NCBI RefSeq assembly: GCF_902713615.1 | Contig: NC_052164.1 | Span: forward strand, 372,001-436,000 | Length of the DNA stretch: 64,000 nt | Origin: Scyliorhinus canicula | Lineage: Eukaryota | Reading direction: 5' to 3' | Part shown: positions 12,884-24,130 of the stretch, one piece after another | How the letters are laid out: each line of letters begins with the position of its first letter | Position numbering within the stretch: position 1 is the stretch's first letter | Notes under the pieces: generated by a model | What the model was told of the DNA's origin: nothing | The model's database searches: none | What the model saw: the letters and a program-made list of their open reading frames with translations, nothing else | Program-made: the position numbers and the translations under genes

Positions 12884-13000
12884 CAGCAACACCCGCTCCC
12901 ATTGGTCGAGCGGCGCAGCAACGCCCGCTCCCATTGGCCGAACGGCACAGCAACGCCGTCTCCCATTGGCCAAGCGACGCAGTAACGCCTACTCCAATGG
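12884..13000 (-). promoter_or_regulatory. COASY promoter: four 32-bp units bearing CCAAT boxes
   Basis: ATTGG at 12901, 12933 and 12965 and CCAAT at 12994. Units start CAG(C/T)AAC at 12884, 12916, 12948 and 12980. Confidence 0.75.
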
Positions 13001-13044
13001 CTTCACGCTCGGCCCTCGGCTCGACACCCCGCCGACTGTCCAGC

Positions 13045-13390
13045 CCCACCCCCTGTCCAGCTCCACCCCCGCCTCCGCCCCCGCCTCCGCCTCCCCCACC
13101 CCCTCCGCCTCCCCCACCCCCTCCGCCTCCCCCACCCCCCCCCCCGCCTCCCCCACCCCCCACCCCCTCCGCCTCCCCCACCCCCCCCCCGCCTCCCCCA
13201 CCCCCCACCCCCTCCGCCTCCCCCACCCCCCCCCCGCCTCCGCCCCCCCCACCCCCCCCCGCCCCCCCACCCCACCCCCCCCGCCTCCGCCCCCCCCACC
13301 CCGCCCCCCCCACCCCCCCCGCCCCCGCCCCCCCCTCCGCCCCCGCCCCCGCCCCCCCCTCCGCCCCCGCCCCCTCCACGTCCCCCACCC
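13045..13390. repeat. C-rich low-complexity tract with many GC boxes; G-quadruplex potential on the minus strand
   Basis: Repeated CCCCGCC(C/T) and C-runs immediately upstream of the CCAAT array. Confidence 0.85.
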
Positions 13391-14021
13391 ATGGTGAATT
13401 TGTGGAACTGCCCCATCGTGCGGTGGAATCAGTCATTAAATGTTTTCAAGAAGGAGATAAATATATTTCTGATACAAAACTGGTTAAAAGGATATGGGAA
13501 CAGGTGGGAAGGTGGATATGGGAACAGGTGGGAAGGTGGATATGGGAACAGGTGGGAAGGTGGATATGGGAACAGGTGGGAAGGTGGATATGGGAACAGG
13601 TGGGAAGGTGGATATGGGAACAGGTGGGAAGGTGGATATGGGAACAGGTGGGAAGGTGGATATGGGAACAGGTGGGAAGGTGGATATGGGAACAGATGGG
13701 AAGGTGGATATGGGAACAGATGGGAAGGTGGATATGGGAACAGGTGGGAAGGTGGATATGGGAACAGGTGGGAAGGTGGATATGGGAACAGGTGGGAAGG
13801 TGGATATGGGAACAGGTGGGAAGGTGGATATGGGAACAGGTGGGAAGGTGGATATGGGAACAGGTGGGAAGGTGGATATGGGAACAGGTGGGAAGGTGGA
13901 TATGGGAACAGGTGGGAAGGTGGATTTGAGGCCAGGAAGAGATCAGCCATGATCTGATGAATGACGGAACAGACTCGAAGGGCTGAATTGCCGACTTCTG
14001 TTCCGAATTCCTATGTTCCTA
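13391..14021 (+). mobile_element. CR1 LINE 3' end containing a 24-bp minisatellite
   Basis: VNLWN...NVFKKEI...KGYG followed by the CR1 tail GATCAGCCATGATC...TTCCTATGTTCCTA. Confidence 0.85.
13490..13927 (+). repeat. 24-bp minisatellite, about 18 copies
   Basis: Unit GGATATGGGAACAGGTGGGAAGGT, nearly invariant; two adjacent units carry a G>A variant. Confidence 0.97.
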
Positions 14022-14157
14022 AACTGGGATTATTTCCCTAAAAGTAGAATTTTAAACAAAACTTGATTGGTTTTTGAAATCCTGATAAACCTACACAGAG
14101 TGGATTAAAAAACTGTTCCATCAGTAGAATGGTCAAGAAACAGAGATCATATTTAAT

Positions 14158-14372
14158 AGTAGCTCACTTGGCTGGACAGCTAGTTTGTGATGTAGAGCGA
14201 GGCCAACGTTGTAGGTTTGATTCCACCACAGGCTGAGGTTATTCATGAAGGCACCACCTTAACCTTCTCCCTCACCTGAGGTGTGGTGATCCTCAGGTTA
14301 AATCACCTCCAGTTAGCTCTCTCTGTCAAAGGGGAAAGCAGCCTATGATCATCTGGGACTATGGCGACTTTA
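14158..14372 (+). mobile_element. tRNA-derived SINE (older family)
   Basis: A-box-like TAGCTCACTTGG and B-box-like GGTTTGATTCC. Confidence 0.55.
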
Positions 14373-15132
14373 CATAGCTTCCCCAACATGGTTTCAGTTA
14401 CCTAAATGCAGTTGCAGGCAAAGTGCCTATCTACTGGAAGGGATGCAAGAAAGGTAATTTGACCTATTCTCACCTGTAATTGGATTCAGAGCAGCAATGG
14501 CAGAGGCTGGCATTGCAGAGTTATGGGAAAAAAAGCAAATCAGAAAGCAATACTGGAGATAAAGCACATTTACAGGCAAACCTGTTAGGACTCTGTTTGC
14601 AGCCAAATATACCGCTAAAAATCAGCCACACATTCCATTCACATTTTTAGAAATCAGTTTAATGAATGGTTCAAAAATAAACTGACTTTTCTACAAAACT
14701 TTCAAATGGATCAGGTCAGTTATAAACTGTGAAAATGAATATTTTGAAATATTTTAAATACACAAAAGTGACATTGAGGATCACACAACATCAAAAATAC
14801 ATGTGTCCACACAAATCCTGCACATTTTACACAACAGTTCAATGCAATTTGCATTATCTAACTACCAATTCTAATTGTCTGGGCTTCTAATGAATACACT
14901 TTGGCTGCAACAGGTTTCAAACACACCACAGGATCCTCAGTAAGAGAAGGCTCCATCTCAAAAAACTCAAAGCTTAAGCTCATCATTAGCTTTTAAAAAT
15001 AACTGAAGTTTTAAAACAGATCAATATATACATAATTTATATGATTTCCAAAAGATTTGAGTGATAAGTTGTGTGCAACTTGAAATTTCAGGTGCTGTTG
15101 CTTTCTGTTCTGAAATACACTTCTCTTTTACA

Positions 15133-15436
15133 ATATAATAATAATCTTTATTGTCACAAGCGGGCTTACCCTCACACTGCAAAGACGTTACTGTGAGAAG
15201 CCCCTAGTCGCCACACTCCGGCGCCTGTTCGGGTACACAGAGGGAGAATTCAGAATGCCCAATTCACCTAACAACACGCCTTTCGGGACTTGTGGGAGGA
15301 AACCGGAGCACCCGGAGGAAACCCACGCAGACACGGGGAGAACGTGCAGACTCCACACAGACAGTGCCCCAAGCCAGGAATGAAACCTGGGACCCTGGCG
15401 CTGTGAAGTAACAGTGCTAACCACTGTGCTACCACC
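15133..15436 (-). mobile_element. tRNA-derived SINE (V-SINE type)
   Basis: Same family as 2912-3198, reverse orientation. Confidence 0.85.
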
Positions 15437-15470
15437 CACCCAAATTAATAACAGCAGGCATGGATTAAAG

Positions 15471-15849
15471 CAGGGGTGGGCAAACTGCGGGCCGCATGCG
15501 GCCCACCAAAGGTTTTTATGCGGCCCACCAAGTCATTAAAAAAAAAAAATTTTTTTTTTTAAATTTTGTTTTTAAATTTTTAATTATTTTTTTAAGGTTA
15601 ATGGGGGGGGGGGCTGTTGGGTTACTTACTGGTATAGGGTGGATACGTTGACTTGAGTAGGGTGATCATTGCTCGGCACAACGTCGAGGGCCGAAGGGCC
15701 TGTTCTGTGCTGTACTGTTCTATGTTCTATATGAGGCGCCCAGAATCATAACCGGGTGAAGTAATTATTTTACTTAATATACTATGCGGCCCTTTAAAAT
15801 TGTGAATTTCTGAATGTGGCCCTTGCACGGAAAAGTTTGCCCACCCCTA
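15471..15849. mobile_element. Non-autonomous hAT MITE
   Basis: TIRs CAGGGGTGGGCAAACT / AGTTTGCCCACCCCTA; 8-bp TSD GATTAAAG at 15463-15470 and 15850-15857. Confidence 0.9.
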
Positions 15850-18312
15850 GATTAAAGACTGATGACCACAGCGACTTTGCTAGAAAAATCAAACTAATAA
15901 CCACAGCCTAACATATTATTTGAAAAAAACACCGAGAATGCAACAACTGCAAAGCTCCAGCTTTTGCATTGATTCCGGACAGGGCTGGATCAGAGGGAAA
16001 GGACAGCAGATCATAACCAGGAAAAGCTTCAACACTTATTAATCCATAAAGTACAATGATAGATTGTATTTACTTTCTAGTGTAGTAGACAAGTCAATGG
16101 TTCCTTTGCTGCCTGTACAGCCAGCAGCTAATCCAGGATAAGAAGTCATATAATCAGCCTCTCATTGTGTACGGGAGCAGGATGCTAAAAAGTTTAATAT
16201 GGAAAAATCATCAAATGTCAACTCTCTTCTCTGACCATTGCGGTTGTCTGAGCTGTGCAGTGCTGCCAGCATTTTCTAATTTCAGATTTTAAGGGCCTGC
16301 AATATTTTGATTTTGTATTAAAAAGCTACAAAAGACCACGGTTCTACAATATCAAATAATTCATTTTTAAAAACAGCTTCAAAGAATAATGAACATGTAT
16401 TAAAATGTTTTAAACAAAGGTGTTTGTGCCCGACTCAAGCCAACAATTATAAAATGACCACTCCTATGCATAGTGCTCAGTTTTGGGTTACACCACACAC
16501 TGCACTCATCGACACCGCATAGTGCAAAGCTAATTTTCCATTTCATAAAATACTTTAATTTGCTTTTTCCTCCCCTAATTGGGCAAATTTAGGGATGAAT
16601 TCTTGGTGGAAAGGGAATGTAAAATTACATTTAAATGACTGCAGACATAAAGACTGCTTTTGGTTAGAGGGAAGCTGCAATATTCTAAAAGGGCGTGGGA
16701 TACCATCTATTATTCACTGACAAACTGAACAACTACAGCATTGAGTTCCGTCTTTTGCAAGATTAAGGTTTCAATTTCTCCACATAGGAGGAACAGTGGA
16801 TACCGGATCATTGTAGAGTCTGGGACGTCCAGCAAACCAACCCAGATCCCTCTGCCACCCAATCCATTCCCATAGCTGCATCTCTAATCTATTCTAAAGG
16901 AGGCGGAAGAGGCAGCACCCCTTATTGTTCACAGCCTGAGTCTTTGAGCTTTACCTGCACAGGTAGTATTCATATGAAGTGCTATTGCACACCCACACAA
17001 CCTATTCCAAATTCAGCCATTTTTGAATCCTCAGGTCTAATCGTGTCGATTATGGGTATAACAGCCTGATAAACGTGGTCACCAATAAGGACTGATAATT
17101 TTCTTACCTAAAATGGAGTGATGTTAGAAAGCAGGATGGAAGTGTTCAAACAGAGATGGATTGTAGTGAATAGTGCAGCTTCAGCAGGAAGCTCAGCTTA
17201 ATCATGGCCACAAAAATAAACAGCACAATGAAAAAATGGAGTTTGCAATATCGGAGGATTATTCAGCAAACAATGCAAGGCCACCGAATAAAGCAATTTT
17301 CAGTATGAAACAGATAAAATATAAATCACTAAGTATTAAAAAAATCCTGCAGATTTCTTTGCACAGGTTTAAAAAGAACAAGCCTGTATTAGTTATAAAC
17401 TGTCTACTCACTGTTAAGTTTTGATAGATTGTGACCTTTCTTGAAATTGGTGAATTGAACAATAAAGCTTGCGTTATATTTGTGTTCCCAGAAAGCCCAG
17501 CCTCCTCTCCCACTAAACATTCTCTTTATTGCAGCCTCTGGCTGAGGGGAGAGCTCAGTTTTAACCCTGGAACTTTTCCAATCCTGTTATTCAGAATGAA
17601 CAATAGCAACATTAATCTTTGCTGATGATGAATTTTGCTGTTCAGTGCATTTTGCTTATTAAAAAGTGGATCAAGTCTCTTCAATGTATAACCCTAATCC
17701 TCACGAATGAGTGCTAAATAATGTATTTTCTAAATCTGATGAGATGACAATCCAACAAATCAAATTATGCCTGCGCTACGTGCATCAATACCTTGCCTGT
17801 CAACAACATTCTGTGGATGGTTTCTACTTTCTGTAGCAGGAGCACAGAAGATACTTCGATAAACAGATTATGTATTTTTACAGGTAATTAGTTTTCATAT
17901 CAATGAGACAAAAAAATGCATCAAAAATACCATATGAAAGATTGCAGAACTTCTATCCCTTAAAAAAATGAACACTTGTTGATTAGCGCAATTTAAGTCC
18001 GGATGTTGCAGAATGCTTCACCATTTCTTGCAAAAACATTTTCTGGGATGACAGCATTTCAAACTGAAGGGACACCAAGCAAACTTGAAATTGCAGACAG
18101 CAATAAATTCTACATCTCTCTTAGCTGTGAAATTCTGTCCATCACGAGGAAGAAATGAAAACCACTGGGGACAATCACTATTTTAAACTATGCACAACAG
18201 CAGCAGGAATAACAGACACACCAGTGGCATTGCAACGAGGGTATTATGGCAACCTTGTCTTCTGATGAATATCAACTAGGTCCAGTGTGGTGTCATTGCA
18301 ACACCAACACAC

Positions 18313-18836
18313 CTACTGTTTTCGGAGGAAGTTTGAAAGGAAGCCTGACTTCAGTTGTTGCCGTGAGGCCCGATCCTGTGAAGCGATGTTTTCATATTGA
18401 TTGAGCTCTGACTGATCCAACAGTTCAAAATCATCCCCTTCTGCATCCGTGTCCATTTCTGTACCCGAGTGTTCGTGACAGGTCTGTGAAGCAACCCTCG
18501 GAGGATTGTCCCTCACCATTTGGGCTTCTTGATCTGGGATTGACAGTGCAGCTGCCATTATATTGCTGGCTATTGCCCCTGCCAGAGAAAGACCCTGGTT
18601 ACCTGTGAAATCCAGAGGTGATGGCAGCCCACTGAGGGATATATCTACATCAATATCCTCCTGATCAGAAAACAGGCTCTCATCTTCCTGTGCCAAAGTC
18701 TGGTAGGGCGCACTTGGAATACCCAGGCTGGTATCATCATCATCGTCATCCACTCCAGTCACATTTGGGTTTATTGAGGGAAATTCTGGTAGATCTCTCG
18801 CAAACGACTCCTCCGGGTCACTATGACGATCAAGAT
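18313..18836 (-). CDS. RETREG3: Reticulophagy regulator 3, last coding exon (acidic disordered region with LIR)
   Basis: (D)LDRHSDPEESFARDLPEFPSIN...DDFELLDQSEL matches FAM134C. Acceptor cttag ends at 18837; stop TAG at 18315-18313. Confidence 0.95.
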
Positions 18837-19938
18837 CTAAGCGCAAGATAAATTAGAGTTAGTGATTAATTTCATTCGCATATTTCTGTTATGTGACCAT
18901 CATGAGGACTGTAGTGAACTTGTATTCTTAGAACATAAGAAATAGCAGAAGTGAACCATATCGTCCCTCAAGCCTGCTCCGCCTTTCAACACAATCATGG
19001 CCGATATTCTGCTTCAACTTCACTTCCCCTTTCGCTGCCCATATCTCATGATTCCGTGACCCCAAATATTTGTCCATTGCAGAAAATTCCAAAGATTCAT
19101 AATCCTTTGGATGAAGAAATTACTCCTCATCTTAGTCCTAAACCTCTTAGCTTGAGACTGTGTCCCCATGTTCAAGTTTCCAGACAGGGGTGCAACCTCT
19201 CAATGACTCCCCCGCCAAGTCCTTTCATGCTCGTCTGCTTCATTGGAGTTCACCTTTCATTCTCCTAAGCTCCAGAGAACATAGACCCAGTTTTCTCAGC
19301 ATCTTATCATAAAACAACCCTCTCATCCCAGGGACCAATCTAGTGAACTTTCGCTATGCCGCCTCCAATGCAAATATCCTGCCTTTAAAATGGAGAATAA
19401 CAGTGTACAGTGCTCCAAGTGAGGTCTCATCAAATGTCTTGACCAACTGTAGCAAGACTTCCTTATTGCTTGCTGTGTGGCATGCTAACATTGTGCTTCT
19501 TGTACAAGTTCATCCAAATCTCTGAACATCAATATTTAAATGTTTCACACCTTTTAAAAAAGTACTCTGTAGCTGTTGAACACACAGATGGAGAAACTCA
19601 AATCAATTATTGTGTCAAATAAGTGAGAAAACACTCAAAATCAGTCTTGCAAGAGCCTGAATCACTCATCCACTGCAGATATCCTAGATCACAGGGACAG
19701 CAAGGTGACTCAAGATTGGGGAAGAAAAAATAAAATCAGTGAATGAACTGTCATCTCTTGGTGTATGGCACATCAACAGAACACCTATAGAATATAGAAT
19801 TGGATTGATAGCTGACACACAACCTTTACAAAATGTAAAATTCACCTAAAAAAAGGTTTGACTGCAGATGATTTTCTGGATTTTTGAATATTAAAATAAG
19901 GCATTTAATCAGACTTCCATCAAAACTCAAGAACTTGC

Positions 19939-20071
19939 CTTCAGAGCCATCTGTTATTGGAGTCTGTCCTCGGGATAAATTAAAAGTTCCGTTCTCAGTG
20001 TACGACACTTCAGCATCAGAATGCTCAGAGTCTGAAATTTCCAGTTCCTTAGCAATCCTGGAGTCATCAAG
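19939..20071 (-). CDS. RETREG3: RETREG3 exon 8 (133 nt, GC donor)
   Basis: LDDSRIAKELEISDSEHSDAEVSYTENGTFNLSRGQTPITDGSE; donor AG|GCAAGT. Confidence 0.93.
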
Positions 20072-20181
20072 CTTTCAGTACAGGAAACAGAAGAGAAAGA
20101 AATAAGGATTTCAACTTAATTTTAAAATGAAAACTTGCATTCATATAGCACCTTGCATGATCGCTGTACATATGCTTTACT

Positions 20182-20408
20182 GTTTTTTAATATAAATTTA
20201 GAGTTCCCAATTATTTTTTTTCCAATTAAGGGGCAATTTTGTGTGGCCAATCCACCTACCCTGCACATCTTTAGGTTGTGAGAGTGAGACCCACGCAGAC
20301 ACGGGAAGAATGTGCAAACTCCACACGGACAGAGACCCAGGGCCGGGATCGAACCCAGTTCCTCACCACCGTGAGGTAGCAGTGCTAACCACTGCACCAC
20401 CGTGCCCC
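20182..20408 (-). mobile_element. tRNA-derived SINE (A-rich tail family)
   Basis: Same family as 34154-34386. Confidence 0.85.
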
Positions 20409-21104
20409 CTCCCGAAGTGCTTTACAAGCAACAAAGTAATTTGGAAGTGGAATCACTGCTTAATGTAGAAAATGTGGCAACGATTTTGTGCACAGCAAGC
20501 TCCCATGAACAATAGTGTGATAATGATCACGTGAGCCTGGAAAGCTCATTGCAGAGACTGCCATAAGAAAATTGTTTCAGCATTATACAAATTGAATTTA
20601 CAACGTAGACAACGTATTAGTTTAAATACTCATTAAGAGCAGGAGAGAGATCTAAATTTAATTTCTAAATATTAATAATGATTCTTTGATTTCAGGGAAT
20701 TTCTGTTGAACGCCATCTGACGTCTTTTAAAACCTCAAGAGGATTGTCCCAGATTCCACAATAAAGCATTACTGAATCTCAATGAACAAACTATAAATCC
20801 ACTATCTTTATTGTCACAAGTAGGCTTACATTAACATTGCAATGAAGTTACTGTGAAAAGTTATCCTCAGAGAGCTGAGACATTGAAAGATTTATTGACA
20901 ACGTACAACTCCAACTGATCCATTTCAAACACCACATTGGTATCAGAAGAGCTGGGGAGTTCTCCCAGGTACCACTGATTGACTTATGCTTAGTCTTGCT
21001 GCTGACTGATGATTAGTCTTGCTGCAATTAGTGAAACTTTTTTGAAATTCCACAGCGAATTGGAAAGATTTTAAAACTTTAAGTTCTTTAAGTTGGTGAG
21101 ATGA

Positions 21105-21925
21105 GCAGGGTGGGGGGGAATTCCTGAGGCAATCCAGCTGTGTGGGGATTTGGGAGGGTTCCCTCAGGCACTCCAGCTGTGTGGGGGTGGGGTCCTGAGG
21201 CAATGCAGCAGTGTGGGGATTGGGGGGGGGTTCCTGAAGCAATCCAGCTGTGTGGGGATTTGGGGGGGGGGGGGGTTCCCTCAGGCACTTCAGCTGTGTG
21301 GGGGTGGGGTCCTCAGGCAATCCAGCTGTGTGGGGATTTGGGAGGGTTCCCTCAGGCACTCCAGCTGTGTGGGGGTGGGGTCCTGAGGCAATGCAGTAGT
21401 GTGGGGATTGGGGGGGGGGGGGGGGTTCCTGAGGCAATCCAGCTGTGTGGGGATTTGGGGGGGGGGGGGTTCCCTCAGGCACTTCAGCTGTGTGGGGGTG
21501 GGGTCCTCAGGCAATCCAGCTGTGTGGGGATTTGGGGGGTCCTGAGGCAAACCAGCTGTGTGGGGATTTGAGGGGGGGGGGGGTTCTTCAGGCACTTCAG
21601 CTGTGTGGGGATTTGGGGGGGGTTCCCTCAGGCACTCCAGCTGTGTGGGGATTTGGGGGGGGGGGTTCTTCAGGCACTTCAGCTGTGTGGGGATTTGGGG
21701 GGGTTCCCTCAGGCACTCCAGCTGTGTGGGGATTTGGGGGGGGGGGTTCTTCAGGCACTTCAGCTGTGTGGGGATTTGGGGGGGGTTCCCTCAGGCACTC
21801 CAGCTGTGTGGGGATTTGGGGGGGTTCCCTCAGGCACTCCAGCTGTATGGGGGTGGGGTCCTGAGGCAATCCAGCTGTGTGGGGATTTGAGGGGGGGTTC
21901 CTCAGGCAATCCAGCTGTGTGTGGG
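21105..21925. repeat. G-rich minisatellite with variable units of about 30-45 bp and CAGCTG core
   Basis: Repeated CAGCTGTGTGGGG(A/G)T...CCT(C/G)AGGCA. Confidence 0.9.
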
Positions 21926-22175
21926 GGGGTGGGGGGGTTCGCTTTCCCAAGGCGATCAAACAGTGTATGTGGGAGGGGGCCATCCCAAGGAGGGCCAAGC
22001 AATGTTGGGGAGGATGGGATGGGGGGGGGGGGGGGGGGGAGGGGGGAGGAGGGGGGGGGCAATAAGAGCGAGAGTGGTGGGGACGATGGTTGAGGACACC
22101 GAATAAGGGGTGGAGGAGCCCAAGGGGCGAGTTTGAGTCGCTGAGATACTTTCAGGAGAAAAACGTGATCTGTAC

Positions 22176-22255
22176 CTTAGGGCAGAAGGCAGCTAATTCA
22201 GCTTCACTATCACTTCCATCATCTGGAGTTCTGACATTCATTGTTTGGTGATGCA
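22176..22255 (-). CDS. RETREG3: RETREG3 exon 7 (80 nt)
   Basis: HHQTMNVRTPDDGSDSEAELAAFCPK; acceptor ttccag, donor GTACAG; phases 1/0. Confidence 0.92.
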
Positions 22256-22904
22256 CTGGAATAAACCAGAGAAAAGATACTAAAGGTGGTTATTGGCACT
22301 GCTCTATTCTTTCAGTATGCATCCACAATGTGCTGTAGTCGGGCATCTTGTAACATCAGCAGTTAGTTAGACTTTATTTCACTCAAATAATTTACACTGC
22401 AAATCTGATACACTGAGCTTATAACAGGACATCCGAGCACCTTTCATTAATATCATCATCTGTCTATCTTCTTAACTAAATAGATTTAAAGGAATACGAA
22501 AGCAACAGCAATGGTGGTACTGGAAAGAGTGTATTTGAATCAAATCATGGACAGGAACAGAAATAAAATGATTGAGAGAAAAGAAACGAAAGGAATGGTA
22601 AGAAACATAAATTAAAGATATCTCTTGAAACAATTTACTACATGAAGGAGACTCCACAGTTTCAAATATTCCCTTTCTGGGCCAGAGGTTGAATGACATT
22701 GCAGTTACACAAAGTCTCATTAAAAGCATCCTTTAATAGTTAAATATCTGTCCAGACTTTCTAAGGTGAATGTATTGCAAATAAATATGCAAATATAGCA
22801 ATTTCTTGAAACATTGAGGTCGAGGGCAAGCTGTCATTGGGAATCCCGGGAGTGCAGAGGTGCATCCACAAGGTATGACTGACCCCACGAGGTCTGGGTC
22901 TGGA

Positions 22905-23930
22905 AGAAGGAACTGAAGGCACTGTTGCTAAGTTTGCATTTGATACAAAGATATGTAGAGGGACAGGTAGTATTTAGGATGCAAGGGGGCTGCAGAAGGA
23001 TTTGGAATGACTGGGAGAGTGGGCAAAGAAGTGGCAGATGGAATACAATGTGGAAAAGTGTGAGGTTATGCACTTTAGAAGGAGGAATAGAGACATAGAC
23101 TATTTCCGAAATGGGAAAATGCTTAGGAAATCGGAAGCACAAAGGGACTTAGGAATTCTTGTTCATGATTCTCTTCAGGTTAATGTGCAGGTTCAGTCGG
23201 CAGTTAGGAAGGTAAATGCAATGTTAGCATTCATGTCGAGAGGGCTAGAATACAGGACCAGGGAGGTACTTCTGAGGCTGCACAAGGCTCTGGTCAGACC
23301 CTATTTGGAGCATTGTGAGCAGTTTTGGGCCCCGTATTTAAGGAAAGATGTGCTGGCCTTGGAAAGGGTCCAGAGGAGGTTCAAAAGAATGATCCCTAGA
23401 ATGAAGAACTTGTCGTATGAGGAACGGTGAGGACTCTGGGTCTGTACTCGTTGGAGTTTAGAAGGATGGGGGGGGGGGGGGGGGGGGAGAATCTTATTGA
23501 AACTACTGCGTGGCCTGGATAGAGTGTACGTGGAGCACTTGTAGGAGAAACTAGAACCAGAGGACACCACCTCAGACTAAAGGGACGATCCTTTAAAACA
23601 GAGATAAGGAGGAATTTCTTCAGCCAGAAGGTGGTGAATCTGTGGAACTCTTCCTAATGCTTGGAATAGGCAATATTTTAAATTTTCCCTCTCATAGGGT
23701 TGTGTGAGTTTAGAACGCTCTGCCTCAGAAGGCAGTAGAGGTCGGATCATTGAACATTTTAATGCAGCAGTACATGGATTCCTGTGAGACAAGGGAATCA
23801 GGTTATTGGGGGTAGATAGAATTTGGAATGAGAAACGAAAACTGACCAGGTATGATATTAATGAATGGCGCAGCAGCTTTGAGGGGCTGAATGGTCTACT
23901 TTGCTTATTTTCTATGTTCGTATATAATCG
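22905..23930 (+). mobile_element. CR1 LINE 3' portion(s)
   Basis: EYNVEKCEVMHF...LVRPYLEHCEQFWAPY. Confidence 0.85.
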
Positions 23931-23945
23931 AATGTATTTACAACA

Positions 23946-24130
23946 GGGCAGCATGACGGCCCAGGTTCGATCCTGGCTCTGGGTCACTGTCCGTGTGGAG
24001 TTTGCACATTCTCCCCGTGTTTGCATGGATTTCACACCAACAACCCAAAGATGTGAAGGGTAGGTGGATTGGCTATGCTAAATTGCCCCTTAATTGGAAA
24101 AAATTAATTGGGCAGGCTAAATTTTAAAAA
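23946..24130 (+). mobile_element. tRNA-derived SINE (A-rich tail family, head partly deleted)
   Basis: GGGCAGCA...GGTTCGATCC...TAAATTGCCCCTTAATTGG. Confidence 0.8.

Noticed and set aside
12884-13011. CRISPR-like array (conserved part plus variable linker)
   Set aside because: Linkers are only about 10 bp and related to each other, the context is eukaryotic, and no cas genes are present.
11543-13957. Long Pro/Gly/Arg-rich ORFs up to 387 aa
   Set aside because: They are translations of stop-free minisatellites and C-rich tracts, open in several frames on both strands.
20943-22106. Overlapping ORFs over the CAGCTG satellite
   Set aside because: Repeat-derived and intronic to RETREG3.
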